39,229 bases of DNA from Chromatiaceae bacterium (GTDB lineage Bacteria > Pseudomonadota > Gammaproteobacteria > Chromatiales > Chromatiaceae): positions 1 to 39,229 of the forward strand of contig JARRNE010000023.1 of assembly GCA_037385305.1 (NCBI GenBank), written 5' to 3'. The notes below the pieces were generated by a model. The model ran no database searches. It was not told where the DNA came from and saw only the letters and a list, made by a program, of their open reading frames with translations. Both the position numbers and the translations under genes were made by a program. Of the stretch, positions 8,726 through 16,734 are shown piece by piece (the stretch's first letter is position 1; the number at the start of each line of letters is the position of its first letter).

Positions 8726-9566
8726 CTAATCGGTCCGGCCGCGATCTTTTTCATTCGCTCGGACCTGGGGCTGCGCAGGGCCGCGTCGGAGGACCCCGAG
8801 AAATAGGAAACCGACTGCCAGGGCACCGATCCAGCCGGCTGCGAGCCAGCCGATCATGCCGTCGTAGCTTCCTACCAGGAAGCCGTAGGGTGATGCCGGG
8901 TTGCCGTCGGTGACATACCGGGTCAGCTGAATGACGAACACCCAGCCGGCGTGCCGAGTCGAGGTCTTTCCACTGAAAGGCGCCGGTGAAGACCTCGGTG
9001 AACATCCGCCAGGAGGCCGCCCAATCGAAGGCTGCGCCGTCCGGCAGCCTGCCGGGCTTCATGAAGTGGAGCAAGGCGTAGAGCAAGGCGGTCCAGAGCA
9101 CGGCGGAAGGCACGGGGCCCCGGCGCCGAATGGCGGAGAAGAGGGCACCGCGGAAGAAGGTCTCTTCCGCCAGGCCCACCAGCAGTCCGCCGATCAAGGC
9201 CTGCGCGGCCTTCCTCAAAAGGCCCGGGACCGAACCGGCGCTCGAGGTCTCGGGAACCCGGACCCCGAGCTTGACCTCGGTCAGCGCCAGCACAGCGAGA
9301 ATCGCCACGCCGAGCAGCCAGCCTCGCCACACCGCGCGCAGGAGGCGCGCACGCGTCGCGTCGTATCCTAATGCGGCGCGGCTGTTGAGACCCGTCGCCT
9401 CGAGGAAGGGCCACAGGCCCAGCAGTGCAAAGGCCTGCGTCAGGCGGCCCATGACCCGATGCGGGGCCTCGTGGACCCACCCGGTCGCCATCAAGGGGTA
9501 CGCCAGCAGTACCCCAAGCAGCAGACAAGCCAACAGGTAAAGGAAGAAGAGTCCGGTCTCCTTCAC
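8726..9566 (-). pseudogene. CPBP-family (CAAX/Abi-type) intramembrane glutamic endopeptidase with a broken reading frame near 8950
   Basis: GTG at 9566 overlaps the upstream GT4 stop (GTGA). The frame of ORF 8751..10304 gives VKETGLFFLYLLACLLLG...LAEETFFRGALFS...ALLYALLHFMKPG...FQWKDLDS and then turns into non-membrane-like sequence. The frame of ORF 8726..8941 continues as (HAGW)VFVIQLTRYVTDG...GWLAAGWIGALAVGFLFLG, a credible last TM helix and tail. Confidence 0.6.
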
Positions 9567-10711
9567 GTCGACCCACCTTCGCTGCCGAGCAGTCCCATGA
9601 CTTCGAGATAACGGTCCCCGCTGCGCTCCACCGAGAAGTCCGCAGCGCGCAGCCGGAGCCGCTCCCGGTCGGGCTCCTGCTCGAGGGTATCGAGCATTGC
9701 GGCGGCCAGCGCCTCGTGATCGCCCACGGGCACCAAACGGCCGTATCGACCGTCCGCCAGCACCTCCCGCGGCCCATGAGGACAGTCCGTGCTCACCACG
9801 GGCGTCCCGCAGTAGAGTGCCTCGACCAGCACATTGCCGAAGCCCTCCCAGCGGGAAGACATCGCAACCAATCGAGCGCCCCGCATGAAGGGAAGCGGAT
9901 TCGGCTTGAAACCGGCGAGATCCACGGCGTCGCTCACACCGAGCAGAGCCGCGAGGCTCGCAAGACGGTCCCGCTCCTCTCCTTCGCCGATGATGAGCAG
10001 GCGGGAGGGACGACCTGTGTGAACGAGTGCAAAGGCGCCGATCAGGGTCGCGAAGTCCTTTTGGGCCGTGAGCCGTCCGACGCCCAGGATGACCGGCGGA
10101 CCACCGTCCGCGAGCCAAGGGTGGTCGGCGGGCTCCTGCGACCGCGGCCCGAGTCCGGAATGGATGATCGGATTGTGGATCACCCGGACCTTGTCGACGG
10201 GACAGCCCGAGACCTGGACCAGATCGTCGGCAAGCCCCTGGGAGACGGTGATCACGCCCTTCGCTCGGCGGATGATGGAGCGCCAAGTACGGATACGGCG
10301 GCACCTCTTGGCTTCGGACCAGCCGCCCATCTCAGAGGACAGGTGATGGTGGAGCGAAGCCCACAGATCAAAGGTCAAACCTGGTACGCGGCTCGCGCGA
10401 GCTGCAAGCACATCCGCCTTGTTGCCGCCGGCCATGACCACCTGGGACCGGTGCTCTCGCAGGTGCGCCACCACCTGGGCGAACAGGACCAGACGCGACT
10501 GTCCGTCCAAGGCGGTGACGTCAACCTCCGGCTCGAAAGGAAACGGCAGCTCATCCGGTCTCTCCCGGGTAAAGACGGGGACATGGACCCCGATGCCCCG
10601 TTTCACGAAATGATTCGCCAGATTGAGCACCACCACGGGTGCACCGCCGTACGCATTGGATGTGCCGCGATGGACGAGTCCAAGGATGCTGATCGACCTC
10701 CTTGCCGCCAT
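9563..10711 (-). CDS. GT4-family glycosyltransferase (paralog 1 of 4)
   Basis: ORF 9563..10735 trimmed to the ATG at 10711. C-terminal GT-B pattern HPWLADGGPPVILGVGRLTAQKDFATLI...SSRWEGFGNVLVEALYCGTPVVSTDCPHGPREVL. Confidence 0.85.
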   Translation of the reverse strand: MAARRSISILGLVHRGTSNAYGGAPVVVLNLANHFVKRGIGVHVPVFTRERPDELPFPFEPEVDVTALDGQSRLVLFAQVVAHLREHRSQVVMAGGNKADVLAARASRVPGLTFDLWASLHHHLSSEMGGWSEAKRCRRIRTWRSIIRRAKGVITVSQGLADDLVQVSGCPVDKVRVIHNPIIHSGLGPRSQEPADHPWLADGGPPVILGVGRLTAQKDFATLIGAFALVHTGRPSRLLIIGEGEERDRLASLAALLGVSDAVDLAGFKPNPLPFMRGARLVAMSSRWEGFGNVLVEALYCGTPVVSTDCPHGPREVLADGRYGRLVPVGDHEALAAAMLDTLEQEPDRERLRLRAADFSVERSGDRYLEVMGLLGSEGGST

Positions 10712-10835
10712 GTCGCTCACCCCTCTCGGCTGCACAGCGGCGGGCCAAGAGCGAGTGGCCAGGCCCGGGTCGCGCGGTGCGCTGCGAATTGCTCAGGAGT
10801 GGTGCAAGAATGACGGATACGCTTTGATAAGGACT

Positions 10836-10878
10836 CCACCCCTCGCCCCCAACCCCTCCCCGCTAGGACGAGGGGCGC
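10836..10878. repeat. REP-like GC-rich hairpin core (inverted relative to the 118-nt copies)
   Basis: ccacccctcgcccccaacccctccccgctaggacgaggggcg, with cccctcg (10840-10846) pairing to cgagggg (10869-10875). It translates as PLAPNPSPLGRGA. This mirrors the PHPGPLPKGEG reading on the opposite strand of the 12911-13028 copy. Confidence 0.5.
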
Positions 10879-10935
10879 CGTTTGCGTTGTGCTTGAGCCG
10901 TCACCTGGGGGGCGTTGACCTACCGCACCGCCGGG

Positions 10936-11760
10936 TCACGCGACGAGGCGCTGCGCGTCCATAACGAGCAGCCCTGCGTTCCAATCGAGGTGATGCATGC
11001 CGCGCCAACCCCCGACATCCTCACCGCTCATACGCCACAGCAGACGCTCACTGTAGTGCTTCGTTGAGATGACAGTGATCTCGCTCAAGCTCAGGCCGTA
11101 GCCGTAGCGGCGGACACAATCCTGCGCGGGCCTCAGGAGGCGCCCCTCGCCATCCCGAAAGATCCGCCCACCCGGTCTGCCGCGGCTGAAGTCGCGCACC
11201 AAAGGGTTTGCCGGGTGCGTCTTCCATGCAGTGCTCAGGGGGCTGTCAGCGTAGAAGGCGCACAGCGACTCGTTGAGATGCAGTCGGCGCCCCTTCATTG
11301 CCCCGAACAGCCACCACAGCCCAGCGTGCTCGAAGAGGGTCGCATCGGCGATCGTCATACCCTCGACGAGCGTCTTGATGCGCTCCCAGTCGGTCGGAAA
11401 TGCGACACATCGATAGAGGTCCACGCGTCTCGTTTGGGCCTTCTCCGGAACCATGTAGAGCTCGCCTCCCGCCTCGAACACGAAGGGGTAGGACAGGTGA
11501 TGCGGCTCCTCGATGACTGGCACCGCGGCGCCGGCGGGGCGTGCGTCCTTGTCAAGCTCCAGAACGCTGATGCGGCCGCGGGCGGCCGCATACGGATACT
11601 CTTCGAAGAAGACGTAGTGACGGCCGCCCCGAGACCAGAGGAAGGGGTCCGCCCAAAAGGCCCCGTCGGGCGGGTAGAGCGCCCCCAGGCGGCTGATCCC
11701 GCCTGTCGGCTCTCTTGCCCACGCGCCGCATCCGGCGTTGTCGCCACCGCTGCCACACGT
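10936..11760 (-). CDS. Beta-propeller-like protein of the family often annotated glucosamine inositolphosphorylceramide transferase / formyltransferase-C-terminal-like; 5' end unresolved
   Basis: The listed ORF 10936..11523 starts at a GTG. The same frame stays open up to the stop at 11761-11763 and still reads protein-like: ...AWAREPTGGISRLGALYPPDGAFWADPFLWSRGGRHYVFFEEYPYAAARGRISVLELD.... There is no ATG, GTG or TTG in that 237-nt extension. Confidence 0.6.
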   Translation of the reverse strand, partial: TCGSGGDNAGCGAWAREPTGGISRLGALYPPDGAFWADPFLWSRGGRHYVFFEEYPYAAARGRISVLELDKDARPAGAAVPVIEEPHHLSYPFVFEAGGELYMVPEKAQTRRVDLYRCVAFPTDWERIKTLVEGMTIADATLFEHAGLWWLFGAMKGRRLHLNESLCAFYADSPLSTAWKTHPANPLVRDFSRGRPGGRIFRDGEGRLLRPAQDCVRRYGYGLSLSEITVISTKHYSERLLWRMSGEDVGGWRGMHHLDWNAGLLVMDAQRLVA

Positions 11761-11812
11761 TCATGCCGTTGAGAGCAGGCTACGACGGAGCGCACAAGGT
11801 CTCGGCGGCATA

Positions 11813-12880
11813 CTATCCCCCGTCACCGTCACCCCTGGTCACGTAGAGGTCGACGTCGGGCAGCCACCGCACCATGAGCGGCTGCGTTCTGTTGGCCCGC
11901 GTGAGCTTGGGCACGAAGCCGAGACGCTGCAAGACCGCGGTCAGCTCTATACCTGCGGCGAAGCACTCGGCACGCTCGGCGCCTTCCTGTCGCGCATGCT
12001 CCAGGGCGCCGGCAATGAGCGCGGACTTGGCTTCGCTATCTCCGTTCCTCGCGAGAAGATCCACGATGCGCGCCAGCAGTCGCTGGCGACGCTCGAACAC
12101 CTTGAGCACCGTGTAGCCGCGCAGCACGTCGCCCTCCCCGACCGTCAACACGGTATAAGCGGTGTCCGGGTGTTGGCGATAGTGCCAATTCAAGGTCGCG
12201 GAATTACGCAAGGTGATGGCGGGATACTCCTCCTTGGCCGCCTCCCACAGCTGATCGAAACGCGCGTCGAAGCCTCCTTCGAGGGTCTGTACGTTTAGGC
12301 GCGGTCGGGGAATTCCGGGTATCGCCAGATCCGCTCCTGCCGCGACCAGCGGTCCCAGGCGTCGCCCCAGCGCCTTCTGGAGCGGCCACCGCAGCGAGAC
12401 CCTGCGGGTCATATTGGCCGTGTTCGGCCTGGCGACAAACCCAATCCTGAGGATGATCGACATCATGGGGTCGGCGATGTGCTTCGCAAGCTGGATGGGG
12501 CCGGCCGCGGGATGGTCGAGCATGGCCACCGCAATCCCGTCGGACAAGGCGGGCGACTTGCCCCCCTTCTTGCGCCTCTGCTCCCGCAAGGCCTGACGCA
12601 TGAGGCCCCAGTGCACGAGCATGTCGACACACCAATGGGCACGCACCGGCTGTCCGCCAATGTACAATCCCGCCGGCAGGCAGCTCAGGGTGCCGATGAT
12701 CCGGCCGCGCCACTCCGCGACGACGCCCTTGTAGCCGGGCTCGTCGAGCCGCGGATCGCACTGCCATTGCCAATCCCAGCGGCGCTCGGCACGCTCCGCC
12801 TCGGCGGCGCCGTAGACATCCTCCACGCGCTCGAGAATCTGGCTCTTGTCGCCGTCGTTTCCGGGTCTTATGTCGATCAT
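11813..12880 (-). CDS. GNAT-like acyltransferase (two-lobed, about 355 aa), glycan-modifying candidate
   Basis: ORF 11813..13024 trimmed to the ATG at 12880 (MIDIRPGNDGDKSQILE...). The listed 5' extension runs through the REP-like element and looks spurious. The family assignment is by overall pattern only. Confidence 0.55.
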   Translation of the reverse strand: MIDIRPGNDGDKSQILERVEDVYGAAEAERAERRWDWQWQCDPRLDEPGYKGVVAEWRGRIIGTLSCLPAGLYIGGQPVRAHWCVDMLVHWGLMRQALREQRRKKGGKSPALSDGIAVAMLDHPAAGPIQLAKHIADPMMSIILRIGFVARPNTANMTRRVSLRWPLQKALGRRLGPLVAAGADLAIPGIPRPRLNVQTLEGGFDARFDQLWEAAKEEYPAITLRNSATLNWHYRQHPDTAYTVLTVGEGDVLRGYTVLKVFERRQRLLARIVDLLARNGDSEAKSALIAGALEHARQEGAERAECFAAGIELTAVLQRLGFVPKLTRANRTQPLMVRWLPDVDLYVTRGDGDGG

Positions 12881-12910
12881 CGCCGGGACTCTGCCGAAGG
12901 TCTCTAGCTT

Positions 12911-13028
12911 GAAAGTCGCGCAGAGCGCGCTCCCCATCTCCCTCGCCCTTTGGGAGAGGGCCGGGGTGAGGGAAACGGTCATGGCGGCAGCGACTGACAT
13001 TCTCCAGGATGGCGCTGGCACCATGACC
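12911..13028 (+). repeat. 118-nt REP/MITE-like intergenic element, copy 1
   Basis: Aligns without gaps to 34508-34625 in the same orientation (102/118 identical by my count). Contains a GC-rich hairpin and a long terminal hairpin: acggtcatggcggcagcg...cgctggcaccatgaccct. Confidence 0.8.
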
Positions 13029-13029
13029 C

Positions 13030-14160
13030 TTAGCCAGAGGTCCTCCGCAGCGCCTCTGGACAGCGCATACCGACCGCCTGCAGATAGGCGCAGGCACTCG
13101 CCTCGATGCGGTAGTCGGCGATCGCGCGCTCGAACAGGTCCTCCGTGACCTGTGCGCCCAACCAGGCGTCGATGGCATCGGCCATCGCTCGATAGTCGCC
13201 CACCGGCACCAAGGCGCCGACCGGATGCTCACCCAGGACCTCGCGCGGGCCGCTGGGGCAATCCGTGGAAACGACGGGCGTGTGGCAGGCCAGGGCCTCC
13301 ACCAGCGCAACAGGCATTCCCTCCCAGCGGGAGCTGAGCACGAAGAGCTCCGCGCGGGCCATGAACGCGTAGGGATTGGGAAGGAACCCGGGCAGATCGA
13401 GATCTTCCCGAACGCCCAGCTTCGCGCCCAATCCGAGCAACCTCGCGCGCAAGCCGCCGCGTCCGAGGATGACGAGCCGGCAAGGACGTCGGCGGCGGAC
13501 CAGGGCGAAGGCGCGAATCAGGGTCTCGAAGTCTTTGCGGTAACCGAGCTCGCCCACGGCGACTATGACCGGCCGCCCCCCACCGCTCAGCCAGGGGTGG
13601 TCGAGGGGCTCGGCAGCGCGATGCCGGAGATCACGCGTGACGATGGGGCTCGGGATGACTCGAACCTGATCGCGCCTGAGTCCAGTGTAGGCCGCAAGAT
13701 CCTCCGCCGCACCCCGCGAGGGGACGACAACGCAGTCCGCCAGGGGATAGAGGTGGCGGATCGAGGTGCGCTGCTGCCACCGCTCGAAGGCGCTGCGGCT
13801 TGCCAGATTGACCGAGACGGTAGTCCCGAGGCGAACCGCCAGCAGCGTCTCGACGCGGGCGATGCCTCGCGCCAGGATGGCTATTCGGTTGACCCGGTCC
13901 TTGTCCGTTAGCAGTGCGGCAGGCCGTTCGCGGCGCAGGTCGCGGACGAGGGCCGGTAGGCTGGTGTTTACGTGAGCGGCTCCCAAATCGATCGGCCGCA
14001 CCGCCCCGGGTATCTCCTCGATGCGGGGACCATGCCGCCGCACGCGCAGCAGGTCGACCGGCTGTGCCCAGTCCGCGAGCTGCTGCAGGAGATTCTTGAT
14101 CACGCGGTCGACACCGCTGTGGCCGGAGGTGGCGACGAAGATGGCGAGACGATCATTCAT
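13030..14160 (-). CDS. GT4-family glycosyltransferase (paralog 2 of 4)
   Basis: ORF 13030..14268 trimmed to the ATG at 14160 (MNDRLAIFVATSGHSGVDRV...). Pattern HPWLSGGGRPVIVAVGELGYRKDFETLI...SSRWEGMPVALVEALACHTPVVSTDCPSGPREVL. Confidence 0.85.
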   Translation of the reverse strand: MNDRLAIFVATSGHSGVDRVIKNLLQQLADWAQPVDLLRVRRHGPRIEEIPGAVRPIDLGAAHVNTSLPALVRDLRRERPAALLTDKDRVNRIAILARGIARVETLLAVRLGTTVSVNLASRSAFERWQQRTSIRHLYPLADCVVVPSRGAAEDLAAYTGLRRDQVRVIPSPIVTRDLRHRAAEPLDHPWLSGGGRPVIVAVGELGYRKDFETLIRAFALVRRRRPCRLVILGRGGLRARLLGLGAKLGVREDLDLPGFLPNPYAFMARAELFVLSSRWEGMPVALVEALACHTPVVSTDCPSGPREVLGEHPVGALVPVGDYRAMADAIDAWLGAQVTEDLFERAIADYRIEASACAYLQAVGMRCPEALRRTSG

Positions 14161-14176
14161 GGTCACGGCGGTCTGA

Positions 14177-15316
14177 TCACGCCGCCGTCCGCGCGGGAAA
14201 CAGAGTATCCAGGTAGCGACGGGCAACCACGTCGACACTGAAATCCGCCGCCCGGCGGCGCAGCGCATCCGGGTCCGCCGGCTGAGCGATGGCCGCCCGC
14301 ATCGCCTCGGCCAGCGCGCGGGGGTCGCCCGGTGCGGCCAGGGGACCGAGCGTCCCGTCGAGGAGTATCTCGCGGGGTCCGCTCCGGCAGTCGGTGGAGA
14401 CCACAGGGGTACCGACGGCCATGGCCTCCACCAGCACGTTGCCGAAGCCTTCCCAGGCGGACGACAGGACGAACAGGCGAGCGCGGCGCATATAGCTCAG
14501 CGGGTCCTCCACGAAGCCCGGAAAGGTGACGCGGTCTGCGACCCCTAAGTCGACAGCCAGGCGCTCGAGCGCCGCTCGCTCCGCACCGTCACCGATGATC
14601 AGCAGGCGGTGACCGACGGCGGACGCCAAGAGCGCGAATGCCCGCACGAGGGTCGCGAAATCCTTCTGGCTGGTCAGGCGCCCGGCGCCCAGGATCACGG
14701 GCGGCTGCGCCGGCGCCATCCAGGGGTGCGAGCATTCGTGCTCCGCGGTGCGCAGCAGCTCCTCGGACAGGACCGGATTGTGAATGATGCTCAGCTGCGC
14801 CGCGGGAATGGTGACGTAGCGCGCGAGGTCCTCTGCCACGCCGGCCGAGACACAGATCACCCCGCCCGCATGGGGATAGGTTCGGCTGATGTCTCGCAGC
14901 CGAAGCCAGCGCCGGAGCGGCCCCATCTCGGCGAGTCCCGGCGTCAGGACGTTGTGGACGCTCACGAAGATGCGGGTCGTCGGCCGCCACCGCTGCTTGC
15001 AGCGAGCCGCCAGCCGATTGGACCTGTGACCGGCGGTCAAGAGGACGCGCGGCCGGCGTTGCCGCAGGTAGTCGCCCAGCTGAAAGATGTGCCTGAGCTG
15101 ACCCCCGGGGCCGAAGTTCACGATTCCGACGCGCGCGTCCACGCCCGGCACGAGAAGCCGCGGATCTGAGGGTGCATAGGTCACCAGCTCCACCCCCAGC
15201 CCCTGGTTCGCGAAGCCGCGTGAGAGCATGCAGACGACCGTGGTGATCCCTCCGTGAGCAGCGGTCCCGCTCCGCCCCAGGGGACTGAAGATCGCGATGT
15301 CGGGAGGCGGTGACAA
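14177..15316 (-). CDS. GT4-family glycosyltransferase (paralog 3 of 4)
   Basis: ORF 14177..15316, apparent TTG start 3 nt after the upstream stop. Pattern HPWMAPAQPPVILGAGRLTSQKDFATLV...SSAWEGFGNVLVEAMAVGTPVVSTDCRSGPREIL. Confidence 0.85.
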   Translation of the reverse strand: MSPPPDIAIFSPLGRSGTAAHGGITTVVCMLSRGFANQGLGVELVTYAPSDPRLLVPGVDARVGIVNFGPGGQLRHIFQLGDYLRQRRPRVLLTAGHRSNRLAARCKQRWRPTTRIFVSVHNVLTPGLAEMGPLRRWLRLRDISRTYPHAGGVICVSAGVAEDLARYVTIPAAQLSIIHNPVLSEELLRTAEHECSHPWMAPAQPPVILGAGRLTSQKDFATLVRAFALLASAVGHRLLIIGDGAERAALERLAVDLGVADRVTFPGFVEDPLSYMRRARLFVLSSAWEGFGNVLVEAMAVGTPVVSTDCRSGPREILLDGTLGPLAAPGDPRALAEAMRAAIAQPADPDALRRRAADFSVDVVARRYLDTLFPARTAA

Positions 15317-15319
15317 GGC

Positions 15320-16489
15320 TCAGACCGGTCCCCGCTTGGCGGCCAAACCCAACGCGTCGAGGTAGCGCGGAATCGCCTGGTCCAGCTCCAGCCGGGCAAC
15401 GGCCTCATTGAGAAGCGCCGCCGGCGGGGGTGAGCTCAATGTGCTTAGGATGGCCTTCGCCATGGCATCCGGATCACCAATCGGGACCAGCTGACCGTAC
15501 CGGCCGCCGCCCAGTATCTCCCCGGGACCGGTCGGACAGTCCGTCGACACCGCGGCGGTGCCCACGATCAACGCCTCCAGCAAGGCGTTTCCGAAGCCCT
15601 CGAAGCGGGAAGAGAGCACAAACAGATCCGCCCGCGCCACGTGGGTGAAGGGATTCGGCGAATGTCCCGGGAGATCCACTCTAGCTGCCACCCCAAGCCT
15701 TTGGGCAAGACCTTCCAGTGCCGCCCGCTGTTTCCCCTCCCCAAAGATCACCAGTCGGCAATCAGACGGCAGGAGGGCAAACGCCCGGAGCATGGTTGTC
15801 TGGTCCTTGATCCTGGAAAGGCGTCCGACGCTCACCAGCAGGGGACCGGGCCGGTCCGTGAACCAAGGGTGGGTGGGCGGCTCGGCCGCAAGGGCGGTGA
15901 TTCGCTGGATGTCGACCGGACTGTAGATGCGACGGATCGGCGGGCCATCGTCTCCGAGAAGCTCCCTCAGACCGGCGCAGGCACCGTCTGAAACCCCGAC
16001 AAGAAGGTCCGCCGCGCGATAAGCCGCGACCAGACGGCGACGGCGGCGCCATCGGGAGAAGACGTTCTTTGCCCTGAGCTTCGCCGGTATGTGCGTCCCG
16101 ACCCGAATCACAACCCGCGGCCGGGGACGAAGCCCTTCAACAGCGGCGATCACCTGCGTGCTCCTCTGGTCGCGGGTCGAGAGGACGACCTCAGGTCGCA
16201 CCTGTGCCAGGCAGCTCATCAGATGGGAGACAGCTCCCTCCCCGCTCAGGTCCAAACGATCGACTCGCGCATCGGGCGCAAGCTCCGCAAGGTCGGGACT
16301 CTCTCCCGCCTCGAGGAGCACTTGCACGGCGACCCCTGCGCGGGCGCAACCGTTGATCAGGTTGATCATATCGCGCCCAATTCCGCCCCGGCCGGGTCGG
16401 AGACCGGCGATCGAGAGCCGACCGGAGCCCGCGCCCGGGCGGCAGGCATCAACGATCCCCTGAGCACCTTTGTGGGGTTCGGGAGGCAT
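15320..16489 (-). CDS. GT4-family glycosyltransferase (paralog 4 of 4); start uncertain
   Basis: ORF 15320..16663. I prefer the ATG at 16489 (MPPEPHKG...RLSIAGLRPGRGGIGRDMINLING...). Pattern HPWFTDRPGPLLVSVGRLSRIKDQTTML...SSRFEGFGNALLEALIVGTAAVSTDCPTGPGEIL. Confidence 0.8.
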   Translation of the reverse strand: MPPEPHKGAQGIVDACRPGAGSGRLSIAGLRPGRGGIGRDMINLINGCARAGVAVQVLLEAGESPDLAELAPDARVDRLDLSGEGAVSHLMSCLAQVRPEVVLSTRDQRSTQVIAAVEGLRPRPRVVIRVGTHIPAKLRAKNVFSRWRRRRRLVAAYRAADLLVGVSDGACAGLRELLGDDGPPIRRIYSPVDIQRITALAAEPPTHPWFTDRPGPLLVSVGRLSRIKDQTTMLRAFALLPSDCRLVIFGEGKQRAALEGLAQRLGVAARVDLPGHSPNPFTHVARADLFVLSSRFEGFGNALLEALIVGTAAVSTDCPTGPGEILGGGRYGQLVPIGDPDAMAKAILSTLSSPPPAALLNEAVARLELDQAIPRYLDALGLAAKRGPV

Positions 16490-16734
16490 TCCTCTCGGGG
16501 GTGGTGGCGTCAGGACACGCCGAGAGCACCTCCGTGTAGGCTCGACGGCGCCCTCCGGGGCGCCGACGGTCCGGCCGACCCGCACCCGACCCGTCAATGG
16601 ATGTCGCAGCTGAGCCATCACGCCGATCACCCTTGGCCAGGGGTTACTTGAAGAGTAGGGCACGAGTATAAGGGTTGGTTATCATTCCGTCTCCGCTACG
16701 TCCCGCAGCACGAAAGGTCTCGACCGGGCATCGG
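16490..16734. promoter_or_regulatory. Divergent intergenic region between the minus-strand GT4 operon and the plus-strand ligase/GT operon
   Basis: 245 bp between opposed start codons, so promoters are expected here. TATAAG at 16667-16672 is the only -10-like hexamer I see, and no convincing -35 was found. Confidence 0.35.

Noticed and set aside
9567-10304. The N-terminal 246 codons of the 517-aa ORF 8751..10304.
   Set aside because: This part overlaps the GT4 gene in another frame and reads as Arg/Pro/Gly junk. The credible CPBP protein starts at the GTG at 9566, coupled to the GT4 stop.
12881-13024. A 5' extension of the GNAT-like ORF (MVPAPSWRMSVAAAMTVSLTPALSQRAREMGSALCATFKL...).
   Set aside because: The extension is simply the translated REP-like element. 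The same DNA recurs at 34508-34625, where it is non-coding.
16490-16734. A search for a JUMPstart/ops element (GGCGGTAG) for RfaH-type antitermination in front of the glycan operons.
   Set aside because: No exact ops 8-mer was seen here. The nearest look-alikes (GCCGGTAG at about 33373 and GGCGGTTG at about 37027) have a mismatch and are in irrelevant positions.
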